From: Okamejei kenojei
Lineage: Eukaryota
Direction: 5' to 3'
Assembly: GCA_035221665.1 (NCBI GenBank)
Contig: CM069148.1
Span: 49,848,001 to 49,912,000, forward strand
DNA length: 64,000 nucleotides
Shown: one piece after another, positions 1 through 12,240 of the stretch
Layout of the letters: each line of letters starts with the position of its first letter
Position numbering within the stretch: position 1 is the first letter of the stretch
The notes under the pieces: model-generated
Database searches by the model: none
Told to the model about the DNA's origin: nothing
What the model saw: the letters and a program-made list of their open reading frames with translations, nothing else
Translations under genes and position numbers: made by a program

Positions 1-430
1 CAAAAATTCCGACTGACGTCACATTCAACTCGCAAGTCGGGTCCTTGGGTACACGCCGGCCCGCGGCCTTGCTCGGGGTCCTGGGGTCCACGTCCGCCCG
101 CGGCCCATTGGGAGGGTGCTGCTGCGGGCTTAGCCTGGCAACTGGGCCTGGGCTGGAGCTGGAGAGCGGGCCGAGCCCAGGGCTTGAGATGGGGCTGTGA
201 TCGGCGTCGAAAAAGAAGCCGCCGGTGGAACCGAGGACGAGCCGAGGTCAGGGACGAGCTCGGAGATGAAGTCGGGGCCTGGACTGGTGACCATGCGGCG
301 GCTGGGCTGACGGCTGCAGTCTACATCCAGGGCCGTGCTAAGTACAAGAACCTGGCCCTGCTCTATGACCTGGGTAGGTGCTGGGATAGGGAATGAGAGC
401 AACACCAAGCCTGACGGCACTCCACTTGCC

Positions 431-1024
431 ACTGCAGTGAAGAAAGCTAATGGAATGTTGGCCTTCATAATGAGGATTTCAGTATCGGAGTACAGTTTTG
501 GTCTCCTAATTTGAGGAAGGACATCCTTGTGATTGAGGCAGTGCAGCGTAGGTTCACGAGATTGATCCCTGGGATGGCAGGACTGTCATATGAAGAAAGA
601 TTGAAAGGACTAGGAGTTTAGAAGGATGAGGGGATGATTTTTTAGAAACATAAAATTATAAAAAGACAGTTCAAGCTAGATGCAGGAAAAATGTTCCCAA
701 TGTTGGGCGAGTCCAGAACCTGGGGCCACAGTCCTAGAATAAAGGGGAGGCCATTTAAAACTGCAGTTTGAAAGAACATTTTCACCCAGAGAGTTGTGAA
801 TTTGTGGAATTCCCTGCCACAGAAGGCAGTGGATGCCAGATCACTGGATGGATTGAAGAGAGAGTTAGATAGAGCTCTAGGGGCTAGTATAATCAAGGAG
901 TATGGGAAAAAGGCAGGCACGGGTTACTGATAGCGGACGATCAGCCATGATCACAATGAATGGCAGTGCTGGCTCGAAGGGCCGAATGGCCACCTCCTGC
1001 ACCTATTTTCTATGTTTCTATGTT
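431..1024 (+). mobile_element. CR1-type LINE 3' fragment (subfamily B, ctatgttt tail)
   Basis: Matches the 3' end of the element at 15350-16013 and ends in ctatgtttctatgttt. Confidence 0.9.
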
Positions 1025-1088
1025 TAGGTTACACGGCGGGACTTTAGGTGGCCATTGGCACCCGGGCAACCGTTAATTTTGAGCCCTG
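1025..1088 (-). mobile_element. Terminal fragment of a second hAT-like element
   Basis: Approximate reverse complement of 1362-1425, ending ...gagccctg. Confidence 0.7.
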
Positions 1089-1670
1089 CCAAGCAAATTA
1101 AACTACAAACTTGTATGTGTTTGGAGTGTGGGAAGAAATCCAAAGATCTCGGAGAAAACCCACACGGTCACGGGAAGAATGTACAAACTCTGTACAGACA
1201 GCAATGAATGGCGGTGCTGACTCAAATCGCCTCCTCTGCACCTATTTTCTGTGTTAATCTGGCCCTGGCTGCAATCACTGACATGTTTTTCCCCCATTTT
1301 AAGCCTTTATTAAAATACAGCTAGCCTTTAAACACAATGTTTTAAGCACAGTAGCGGTAGACAGGGCTCGAAATTAACGGTTGCCCGGGTGCCAATGACC
1401 ACCCAAAGTGCCCCCGGGCAACCTAAACGGTGACTCATTTTGCCCGGCTTGGCACCCAAATACTGGTTATTACCGGTAGACGCAAAAACACTGGAGTCAG
1501 TCAGCATCTCTAGAGTCTAGGAACTGACGTTTCGTGTGGGTGGCGGCTGTATTCCTCTAGTATCTTTAATTGCGAGGCAAAGATACTGGGAGCCAAAGAT
1601 ATCTTTGCTAGGAGTGGGGTGACGAGGGGTCGGAGCGAATGACGGGCCGCGTGCGACAGCGGCTTCAACG

Positions 1671-2167
1671 CCTCCCCCCCTCCTCCTCCCTCACCCCCTC
1701 ACCCCCCTCCACCTCACCCCTCCCTCCTCACCCCCCCTCCACCCCCCTCCCCCCCTCCTCACCCGCCTCCCCCCTCCACACCCCCCCTCACCCCCCCCCT
1801 CTTCACCCCTCCTCCTCCCCCCCACCCCCCTCCTCCTCACCCCCCCTCCTCATCCCCCTCCCTCCTCCCCCTCCACACCCCCCCTCTTCACCCCCCCTCC
1901 TCCCCCCGCCACCCCCTCCTCCTCACCCCCCTCCTCATCCCCCTCCCTCCTCCCCCTCCACACCCCCCTCTTCACCCCCCCTCCTCCCCCCGCCACCCCC
2001 TCCTCCTCACCCCGTCACCCCCTCCTCCTCATCCCCTCCTCCTCACCTCCCTCACCCCCCTCCCTACTCCCCCTCACCCCCTCTCTCCTCACACTCCACA
2101 CCCCCCCTCTCCTCCCCCACCTCACCCCCGCTCCTCACCCCCCCTTTCCCTCCCCCCCTCTCTCCTC
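1671..2167. repeat. C-rich low-complexity tract (cct/ccc/tcacc repeats)
   Basis: Direct inspection. It explains the poly-Pro ORF. Confidence 0.9.
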
Positions 2168-2749
2168 CTGCCCGGCGGAACGAGACCTCCCTCCTCCTGG
2201 CGTCGGCGTGTGAGACGGGGTGTTTGAAAGCGCCTTCATACGGATTTGCCATCCGCGGCTGCTATCGCCCTGATCGCTGCTTGCAATCCGCGAACAGCAC
2301 TTTCAAATCAACGCGTGTGTCGCGCCGTGGCCGGGAGGGAGCGAGGTCTCCTTCCGCCGTCTGAAGCAGCTGACAGATCCTACGGGACCGCCCGGCCCCG
2401 CACTTTGCTGTTGGCTGGAGGAGGGGAGGCGGTGGCGAGGAGTCGGCGGCACTTTGGCGTTGGACAGCGACGGCCAAGGCAGCGGGCGATGTTGTCCGAG
2501 GAGTGGGGACCTTCCTTCCTCCCCACCTCCTCTGCCCCTTCCCCCCCCCTCTCTCTCTCTTGTACGCCCCCCTCCACCCCTCTTATCTGGGACTCCTCCT
2601 CTCCATCCCGCACTGATCCCCACTCCCGCCTCTAATCAGTCCTCATTGACATCTCCTGTGCTCCCCCCCCAATCTATTTATCACCCTACCCACCTCGCAT
2701 TGATTCTCCTGCCCCCCCCCCCATCCATCCATCACCCCATAACTGGTCC

Positions 2750-3250
2750 CCCAATTCATCCTGTACTGACCCACCCTCCATTTACCCTGCACCAATCCCA
2801 CCATCCATCCTGTAGTGATCTCCCATTCGTTTTTTACTGATCTCCCATTCACCCTTTACTGATCCCCTCATTCATCCCGTACTGATCCCCCATTCATCCT
2901 ATACTGATCCCCTCATTCATACTGTAGTGATCCTCCATTCATCCTGCATAGACCCTCCGACCCACACTGTCCTGATCCCCCCCCTCATTCATTCTATACT
3001 GATCCCCCCCATTCATCCTGTGCTGCCTTCCCCCATCCATCCTGTACTGACCCCCCCCCCCATTCAAGAAGAATGGGGGGACCTGTGTGAAGAAGGGTCT
3101 CGACCCGAAACGTTGCTTATTTCCTTAGCTCCATAGATGCTGCCTCACACGCTGAATATCTCCAGCATTTTTGTCTATCCCGATTAATCCTGTACTGAAC
3201 CCCCATTCATCCTATACTGATCCCCACCATCCATCCCGTACTGACATCCC
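2750..3250. repeat. Degenerate ~20-23 bp minisatellite (cattcatcctgtactgatcccc), interrupted by a Penelope-end fragment at ~3085-3178
   Basis: Many imperfect copies of catcctgtactga. Confidence 0.7.
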
Positions 3251-4311
3251 CCGTGCTCTCCCCTCACAATTATACATACTCCAACCAGCACGTACTAATT
3301 TACCTGCCTCAATCCATCCAGTCCGCACCGATTGCCTTTTCACCCCCCCCCCCCCCCCCCCCCCCACCAACCACCATCGATCCGCCCCGCACTGATTCAC
3401 ACACCCCCTGACCCTATTGTGCTTCATGGTCTTCAGAGCGAACATTGACTATGTTTGATAGCGGAATGTAATCAAATGTGTTTTAATTCCCAATGTTATT
3501 ATTTGTTTTGACACCTTTAAACATATTACCAAAAGAACATTTGCTGCAGCTATGTCCTTTGGCCATGTCTTGTCAGTTAGTGTAATGTTTAACCTGTCAG
3601 ATGGGTATAGTCGGTTTTAACAGCTATTATCATAAAATGCCTTTAGAAATTTCCTTGCAACCTGTATATTTTGTTATGGATAAATTATGTGCGAAGCCAG
3701 AGTGTTTCTGTGCCAATAGTAATTTTCAGTCCTTCACAGAAAACATGCATCAATCTGCAGTGTGTATGGTTAAGCATATATGTTACCACGGTCCAGGAAT
3801 TATTGACACAGGTTGATCATACGCTGAATAATCCAACCACATTTTTGTTTGGAAGTGGAAAGACCTAATAGAAATTGCATTAATTGCAAAGTTGAGATAT
3901 TGTATTATAATTTTGCTGCATGTCATTGTGGTATATATCATGTCTTGATTGGTGAATATGTTTGTGAGTTATTTGAAGCAGAAATAATGTGTGAATGTGG
4001 ACAAAAGTGCTGGAGAAACTCAGCGGATGCGGCAGCACCTATGGAGCGAAGGAAATAGGCAACGTCTCAGACCAAAACCATTCTTCAGACCGATTTTCCA
4101 GCATCTGCAGTTCCTTCTTGAACATAATATGTGAATGCATCATTGGGCATAATTCCGACTGATAACTACGCACTTCGTCCAAGCACATTATCGCACGCGT
4201 CATGCAAACCGTCTTTAATGACCACCTAAACTGTCATTTGGCAACCTAAAAAGCTGTCAAGGTTGCCCGGCTGGCAACAGGGAAAAAAAGTTAAGCGAGA
4301 GCCCTGCTCTA

Positions 4312-4550
4312 CGGTAGAGTTGCTGCCTAACAGCGGCAGAAACCCGGATTCGATCCTGACGATGGGTGCTGTCTGTAGGGAATTTGTACGTTCTCCCCGT
4401 AACCATGTGGGTTTCCTCCTGGTGCTCCGGTTTTCAAAGACGTACAGGTTTGTAGGTTAATTGCCGTTTTAAATGTACAAATTGTCCCTAGTGTGTTTAG
4501 GGTTGTGTTAATGTGCAAGGTTTGCTGGTCAGTGCGGACTCGGTGGGCTG
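4312..4550 (+). mobile_element. tRNA-derived V-SINE (HE1-like)
   Basis: tRNA-like head (cggtagagttgctgcc...ggattcgatcc) plus V-domain-like core. Confidence 0.75.
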
Positions 4551-5094
4551 GACTCGCCAGCTTAGAGCTGGGCCAATATCAGACTCCAGCAATGACAGCA
4601 ACTCAGATATCTGGAGGTTTAAGAAACATCCACACACATTCAATGATAGAAAATATTTATTACATGCATCAAAAGTTAAAGAAGTTTACAAAATAGAACA
4701 TACATTCGATATTACAAATTATTTCAAAATACCATCTTATGCATATGCAAATAATATAATATTTAATTACTGTGTGAAATGAATAAAAATCTGTATGGCC
4801 AATTCTATAAAAAACTCTGACGTGATTGAGATTCCAGAAGCCACACTGATTGCAAAGATCTCCTGAGGCAGTGGTAGCTGGCAATCAAAGTCACTAAAGT
4901 AATGATTAACAGAGTAGACACAAAATGTTGGAGTAACTCTGGAGAGAAGGAATGGGTGACGTTTTGTGTCGAGACCCTTCTTTAGAATCGAAATTCAAGT
5001 TTCGATTTAAACTAGCATCTACAGTTCATTTCCACAAAACATAACGATTACCAGATTGACTGCTGCATCCTTGGTGCCCGTTACAAATTCACAA

Positions 5095-5430
5095 GATGTA
5101 GGAGCAAAATTAGGCCATTCGACCCATTGAGTGCCATTCAATCATGGGCGATCTCTGCCTCCTAATCCCATTTTCCTTGCTTCTCCCCATAATTCTTGAC
5201 ACCTGTTCTAATCAAGAATTTGTCTATCTATGCCTTAAACATATCCATTGATTTGGCCCCCCACAGCCCTCTGTGGCAATGACTAAAGAGGTTTCTCCTC
5301 ACCTCATTTCTAAAAGAGTGCCCTCTTGTCCTAGACTCCCCCACCAGTGGAAACATCCTCTCCACATCCACTATCTATGCCTTTCATTATTCTGTAAGTT
5401 TCAATGCGGTTCCCCCTTAACCTTCTAAAC
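5095..5430 (-). mobile_element. Old CR1 3' fragment
   Basis: Reverse complement of the CR1 3' UTR and ORF2 end (ttaggccattc...ccattcaatcatgg). Confidence 0.7.
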
Positions 5431-5701
5431 TTCTGTTACTAACTGGCTGTAACTGCAAATTCTGCAGCATTAACATTTAATTCCATCAGCCCCGATGCTA
5501 TTCCTAAAATATTCCAAACGTGGGAAAATACTGGGTTGGAGATTCAGGGAAATTATTAACTAAATCCCAGTGTCTGTTCAGATAACTCGCTTTGTACCAC
5601 AGTTTCTGGGTCATGGTACAAAGTGCCTTGTCTAAGCAGCCGAGGTGTTTAATTAATCATTATATAATAATTTAGTCTCTTGTGGCACCTAGTGTTAACA
5701 C

Positions 5702-5995
5702 AGGCACAGCTGGTAGAGCTGCTGCCTCTCAACGCCAAAGACCCAGATTTGATCCTGACCTAAGGTGCTGGCTGTGTGGAGTTTGCATGTTCTCCCTGTG
5801 ACTATGGGTTTACTCTGGGTGGCCTGGTTTCCTCTCACATCTCAAAGACGTGTGTATTTGTAGGTTAATTGGCCTCTGTACATTAGCCCTAGTGAGTGGG
5901 GAGTGGGTGTGAAAGTGGGACAAGATGGAATGAGTGTGATTGATGGTCGGCGTGGACTCAGTTGGCTGAAGGGCCTTTTTCATGATGTATCACTA
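5702..5995 (+). mobile_element. V-SINE
   Basis: Core tgtgtggagtttgcatgttctccc and LINE-like tail gaagggcc. Confidence 0.75.
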
Positions 5996-7583
5996 AAATA
6001 AACGAATGTGGACAGATCAGTGGTCTGTTCCTACGCTGTAACTCTAAAAACAAAATCGCTCTTTGCCCCCACTTCCCTTCACAATCTCGCATAACTCTTC
6101 AGATCAATGTGACTTTATATGACTTGCATAAAAATATATGCGGACCAAACTGGATTCATTTATCAATCAGAAGGGTAAAAAAGATATAAATACAATAGTA
6201 AACGTGAAGTTGACAATGCAGTATTTCATTCTCACATTAGACCATAAGATATTGTAGCAGAATTAGGCCAATGGGATAGGCCTATTATTCCCTCTCAACC
6301 CCATTCTCCCACTTTCTCCCTGTAACTCTTGACACCCTTACTGATCATTCACGTTATTCCCTTATCATGTATCTGTACTCTGTTGATGGCTCAATTGTAA
6401 CCATGTATAGTGTATCCGATGACTGGTCAGCATGCAACAAAGTTTTTCACTGTGCCTCGGTACATGTGACAATAAACTAAACTGAAGATATGCCTTATGA
6501 GTAAAATGCCTTATAATAATATATTACACATTATGAGTTAGTTTTCATAAGCATCAGAAAAGAACAACAATATTCTTGCAGTTTAAAATTCTTCCAAAAA
6601 ATGCTTTATCAATAAGCGAGTTCAGTATTCCAACCGCGCATGCCCAGGTCAATGGTCACTCTGCATAAACATTGCTGGAAGCAGTAGAGCTGTGTACAAA
6701 CAGACCTTCATTTCATCTGTTTTTTCCAGCTTTGATTCTTCTAGGTCAGAAAATGCTGCTTTCAAACTGTGAATTAGTTGTATTTGTTGTTCCTTTGTTA
6801 AAAGCTAAGACTATTTTATTGTTTTTATTGCTTTATGCTTTGGTGAGTGAGCGAGTTCGTGCTGCTTCGTGGAGTTGGGGTCGGGCCCGTGTCTCTGGCG
6901 CTGCGGGCACTGTTGAGTTGCTGCTGGGCCATCCCCGTCCCCGTCCCCGTCCCCTCCTGGGTGTCCCGTCCATGTCCGGGGGCGGCCGGAGGTGTCGGGC
7001 TGGGCTTGCAGCCTGCGCGGGGAAAAGGCGCTAGCTCCGGCTCGGTTCTGCTCCGGCTTCCGGGGGGGGCCGGGGCCGGGGACTGTCGGCCTACCTCTCT
7101 CCTTGTTCAGTGGTTGTCGGTTGGCAGGGGCCAAGCTCCGGTCATCAACGGAGATGCACACTGGCGACATCTCTGGAGATGTCCAGACCCGAAACTTCAC
7201 CCATTCCTTTTCTCCGGGGATGCTGCCTGTCCCAGCTGAGTTGCTGCAGCGCTTTACGTGTGTTCCCATTGATGACTGGTGCTCGGCTTTCACCGGTGCC
7301 AGGGGGCTTGGCCGGCGACTGCTGTCGGTCCCCGGCCCATCGGGGAGTTGCTCGGGAGTTGGAGCGTGGTTGGGCTGTAGCTGGCACTTCTTCTCCGCAC
7401 TGGCTGTGGGCCTGGTGTCCCGTCAGTGGTGTACGAGACTGGTGCCCCGTCGGTCGGAGGCTGTCGGTTGGCTCGACAAGACAGGCATAGTTGAGCTGGG
7501 GTTGCCGCTTCTTCTCCACGCTGGCTATGGGCCTGGGGCCACTGGTGTCGTCGGTCCAGGGTCGCTGGGGGGGGATGGGTCAC

Positions 7584-7617
<34 letters not shown>

Positions 7618-8036
7618 GGGGGAAATGGAATGGAATGTGAACGAGACAGGGGAGGGGGTCCAGTGGCGGTTATGCAGCGCTTGCGGTGCTGGGGACTCGG
7701 GTTCAATTTTGGTTGCGGATGAGGCGCGGGTCTGTATGCGCGCTCTCCCTCTCATCTGCGCCCTCCCACTCTCATCTGCCCCCTCTCTCTTGCTGTTACA
7801 CCCCGCTCTCCCGCTACCTGTTCTTTTGGGGGGGATGAGGAATTGACTATTTATGGGAGTCTCTCACAGATGAATGAGGCTGAAGAATTCCATTACTTTG
7901 AAATGAGCAGGATAGCGAAATTCGACTAAGAAACTATCATCGTTGTGTCCTATAATGTGACCACACGGCACCCCCGTTCTTCAGATTAAATATATTTTTA
8001 CACATAAATTATGAATAAAGATAAGAATTTATATAG

Positions 8037-8042
8037 TTTATT
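8037..8042 (-). promoter_or_regulatory. Candidate polyadenylation signal AATAAA of the Ig-domain gene
   Basis: tttatt on the + strand, about 95 nt downstream of the exon D stop. Confidence 0.5.
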
Positions 8043-8135
8043 CAGCCAACACTTTGTTCGCTTTTTCTTTATGACAAATGACCTTGGACAAATCCCATGA
8101 TTCCTTGTGTTTTTTGGAATACCGAACTCGCTTAT

Positions 8136-8437
8136 TCAACTTAATATCAAAGTGAAATATCTTACATGTTCTTCCATGTTAACATCAATGAAAACTTGGA
8201 TACAATTCTCATCTGTTTCCTTTGGTGTGTAAGTTAAAGTCGTAGTGAAACCAAATTCATTTTTAAATGTCGTGTTTGTAACATATCGATGTTCATCAAA
8301 AGGGTAAGTATCTTTGTACCAGATGATATGGGCTTGTTCTACGGCTGAGCCTCGAACATCACAGGACAGCATTACAGGCTGCCCAGCCTTAGGTTTCTCT
8401 GTACGGCATGTTATCTTTGAGACCACCTTCAACGCTT
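8136..8437 (-). CDS. Host gene terminal coding exon D: divergent Ig-like domain ending in a stop (EALKVV...MLSCDVRG...IIWYK...FTLILS*)
   Basis: Acceptor tatattccaacag, phase 1. LSC and WYK Ig motifs and TLTYTP..D resemble the other exons. TGA at 8138-8136. Confidence 0.8.
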
Positions 8438-8759
8438 CTGTTGGAATATAATTTATAATAAATAATGTAAAACCCATAATGACAGTCACTGGTTATTGAT
8501 ACTCATAATCAACTTATTTTAATCCAAACATAAGACCATAACACATAGGAGCAGAGTTAGGCCATTCAGCCCATTGAGTCCACTCCATCATCCAATCATG
8601 GCTCTCTCAATCCCAATCTCCTGCCTTCTCCCTGTAACCTTTTGATACCCTTGCGTATCACAAATCTATCAATCTCTGCTTTAAAAATACCCAATGACTT
8701 AGCCTCCACAGCCGTCTGTGGCAATAAATTCCACAGATTCACCAATTCCAATGTTTAAA

Positions 8760-9418
8760 GTAAATGACTATTGTCGCTAATATAACCAATGACCTGTCGT
8801 GGACCAACCACATTGATGCGGCTGCCAAGGCGGCTCACCAACACCTCTACTTCATGAGGAGATTTGGTATGTCACCTTGCAGACTTCTGCAGATGCACTG
8901 GAGAAAATATTTGGGAACTGCTCTGCTCAAGATCGCACAATATTGCAGAGAGATGGAGAGGTAGCCCAGTCCATCACACCGACTATCAACTCCATCTATA
9001 CTTCACACTGCCTCGGCAAAGCAGCCAACATAATCAAAGACATGTCCCACCCCGGTAATTCCTTTCTCTCCCTGCTTCTGTCATGGATTAGGTACAGAAG
9101 CTTGAAAGGACACACTACCACTCAGGAGCAGCTTCTTCCCCTCTGTTATCAGGTTTCTGAACAGTCCTTCCATAAGCTAGGGCACTGTCTGATTCACCTC
9201 TACCCTATCGTAGACATTGGACTTTGTCTCTGTAACTGATGGGCTACAATGCTGAGAACGATATCCTGCACTCTGTATCTTCCCCTTTACTCCATCTGTT
9301 TTATTTATGTTTCAACTGATTGTATATATATACGGTATATCTGATCTGCTTGGGTAGCATGCAAAAAAAAGCTTAATACTATACCTTGGTACACATGACA
9401 ATAATAAACCTAAACCAA
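8760..9418 (+). mobile_element. Rex1/Babar-type LINE 3' fragment
   Basis: Translation DLSWTNHI...AHQHLYF and IIKDMSHPG...RYRSL is similar to the 3' end of the element at 47127-49990. Confidence 0.7.
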
Positions 9419-9536
9419 TTTTTCCATCTAAATAGTTGCATTTGGGAGGATATGGAAAATCATGCATTTAGAATAACATATAATCTTCAAAAGATTCAGC
9501 ACAATCCTTCAAATAGCAGTTTCAGGACAAATTTGA

Positions 9537-9755
9537 GGCACAGCGCCAGAGACCCGGGTTCAATCCGGATTATGGGTGCTGTCTGTATGGAGTTCATACA
9601 TTCTCCCCGTGACCACGTGGATTTTATCCGGGTGCTCCTGTTTCCTCCCGCACTCCAAAGATGTGCACGTTTGTAGGTTAATTGCCTTCATGTAAATTGT
9701 CCCTAGAGTAACGGATAGAACTAGTGTACGGGTGTTTACTGGTCAGCGTAGACTT
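9537..9755 (+). mobile_element. V-SINE truncated by Tc1 insertion
   Basis: SINE head and core, ending at the TA before the Tc1 terminus. Confidence 0.7.
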
Positions 9756-9756
9756 A

Positions 9757-10124
9757 CAGTGGCTTGCAAAAATTTTCATACTCCTTGAACTTTTCCACAT
9801 TTTGTCACGTTACAATCACAAACGTAAATCTATTTTATTGGGATTTTATGTGATAGACCAACACAAAGTGGAGCATAATTGTGAAGTGGAAGGAAAATGA
9901 TACGTGGTTTTCAATTTTTTTTACAAATAAAAAACTGAAAAGTGTGGCGTGCAAGAGTATTCAGCCCCGTTTACTCTGATACCCCTAAATAAAATCTAGT
10001 GCAACCAATTGCCTTCAGAAGTCCCTGAATAAGGAATAGGTCCCTGAACCTAATTAGTAAGTAGAGTCCACTTGTGTGTAATCTAATCTCAGTATAAATA
10101 CAGCTGTTCTGTGAAGGCATCAGA
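9757..10124 (+). mobile_element. Tc1 5' terminal fragment (inverted repeat plus 5' UTR)
   Basis: TA|cagtggcttgcaaaa. Reverse complement of ~13950-14291, cut off by a CR1. Confidence 0.9.
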
Positions 10125-12240
10125 GTGCTGGACCTCCTGTTAGGAAGTGAGGCAGGACAGGTGACGGAGGTATGTGTTGGTGAGTACTTCGGGACCAGTG
10201 ATCACAATACCATTAGTTTCAATATAATTAAGGAGAGAGTCAGAACTGGACCTAGGGTGGAGATTTTTGATTGGAGAAAGGCTAACTTTGAGGGAATGAG
10301 TAAGGATTTTAAAGGAGTGAATTGGGACACTTTGTTTCATGGGAAGGAAGTAGAAGAGAAATGGAGGACATTTAAAGGGGAAATTGTAAGAATACAGAAT
10401 CTTTATGTCCCTGTTAGGTTGAAAGGAAATAGTAAAAATTGGAAAGAGCCATGGTTTTCAAGGGAAATTGGACACTTGTTTCGAAAAAAGAGAGATATCT
10501 ACAATAATTATGGAGGCATGGAGTAAATGAGGTGCTAGAGGAGTATGAAGAATGTAAAAATAATCTTAAGAAAGAAGTTAGGAAAGCTAAAAGAAGATAT
10601 GAGGTTGCTTTGGCAAGAAAGGTGAAAGTAAATCCAAAGGGTTTCTACAGCTATATTAATAGCAAAAGGATAACGAGGGATAAAATTGGACCATTAGAGA
10701 GACAGAATGGACAGCTATCTGCAGAGCCAAAAGAGATGGGGGAGATATTGAACAATTTTTCTTCGGTATTCACCAAGGAGAAGGATATTGAACTCTGTGA
10801 GGTAAGGGAAAAAAGTAGAGTAGCTATGGAAACTATGAGATTCAAAGAGGAGGAACACTTTTGAAAAATATAAAAGTGGATAAGTCTCCAGGTCCTGACA
10901 GGATATACCCTAGGACATGGAGGGAAGTTAGTGTAGAAATAGCAGGAGCTATGACAGAAATATTTCAAATGTCATTAGAAACGGGAATAGTGCCGGAGGA
11001 TTGGCGTACTGCGCACGTTGTTCCATTGTTTAAAAAGGGTTCAAAGAATAAACCTAGCAATTATAGACCTGTTAGTTTGACGTCAGTGGTGGGTAAATTA
11101 ATGGAAAGGATACTTAGAGATAATATATATAAGCATCTGGATAAACAGGGTCTGATCAGGAACAGTCAACATGGATTTGTGCCTGGAAGGTCATGTTTGA
11201 CAAACCTTCTTGAATTTTTTGAAGCGGTAACTAGGGAAATTGATGAGGGTAAAGCAGTGGATGTTGTCTATATGGATTTCAGTAAGGCCTTTGACAAGGT
11301 TCCCCATGGAAGGTTGGTTAAGAAGGTTCAATCTTTGGGTGTTAATGGCGGAGTAGCAAGATGGATTCAACAGTGGCTGAATGGGAGATGTCAGAGAGTA
11401 ATGGTGGATGGCTGTTTGGCAGGTTGGAAGCCGGTGACCAGTGGGGTGCCTCAGGGATCTGTGTTGTTTGTCAAATCAAAATAGGATGTACATGGTAAAT
11501 GGTAGGGAATTGAGGAATGCTGTGGAACAGAGAGATCTAGGAATAACTGTGCATAGTTCCCCGAAGGTGGAATCGCATTTAGATGGAGTGTTAAAGAAAG
11601 CCTTTGGTGTGCTGGCCTTTATAAATCAGAGCATTGAATATAGGAGTAGTGTTAAAATTGTACAAGGCATTGGTGAGACCAATTCTGGAGTATGGTGTAC
11701 AATTTTGGTCGCCTAATTATAGGAAGGATGTCAACAAAATAGAGAGTACAGAGGAGATTTACTAGAATGTTGCCTGGGATCCAGCAACTATGTTACAGAG
11801 AAAGGTTGAACAAGTTAGGTCTTTATTCTTTGGAGTGCAGAAGGTTAAGGGGGGACTTGATTGAGGTCTTTAAAATGATGAAAGGGATAGACAGAGTTGA
11901 CGTGGATAAGCTTTTCCCATTGAGGGTAGGGAAGATTCAAACAAGAGGGCATGACATGCGAATTAAGGGACGGAAGTTTAGGGGTAACGTGAGGGGGAAC
12001 ATCTTTATTCAGAGGGTGGTGGCTGTGTGGAATGAGCTTCCAGCAGAAGTGTTGGAGGCAGGATCGATTTTAACATTTAAAAGTAAAGTGGATAGGTATA
12101 TGGACGGGAAGGGAACGGAGGGGTATGGTCTGAGTGCAGGTAGATGGGACTAGGGGAAAACAAATGATCGGCACGGACTGGAAGGGCCGAGAGGGCCTGT
12201 ATCCGTGCTGTAATTGTTATATGGTTATATGGTTATATGG
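10125..12240 (+). mobile_element. CR1/HER1-type LINE, subfamily A (ttatatgg tail), 5'-truncated with internal deletions
   Basis: ORF2 fragments ([30 protein letters not shown]) and a (ttatatgg)n tail. Confidence 0.95.

Larger units (their letters stand above)
1362..4306. mobile_element. Non-autonomous hAT-like DNA element inserted in a V-SINE head
   Basis: Termini cagggctc...gagccctg with subterminal ggttgcccgg/ccgggcaacc repeats. Flanking cggtaga is duplicated, and the split SINE resumes at ~4312. Confidence 0.65.

Noticed and set aside
1-430. GC-rich ORFs at the window start
   Set aside because: No recognisable motif. Probably internal sequence of the repeat whose terminus is at 1088, truncated by the window edge.
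1639-2364. 241-aa proline-rich ORF
   Set aside because: It is a translation of a C-rich low-complexity tract inside a hAT-like element, with no splice or domain support.
4770-4880. Possible hydrophobic (TM-like) exon on the minus strand downstream of exon D
   Set aside because: It has a weak acceptor and lies beyond the stop codon and poly(A) signal of exon D. It cannot be supported without transcripts.
6811-7846. Several long overlapping ORFs on both strands
   Set aside because: Expected in GC-rich DNA. They show no recognisable domain and run through a Penelope fragment and a poly-G tract.
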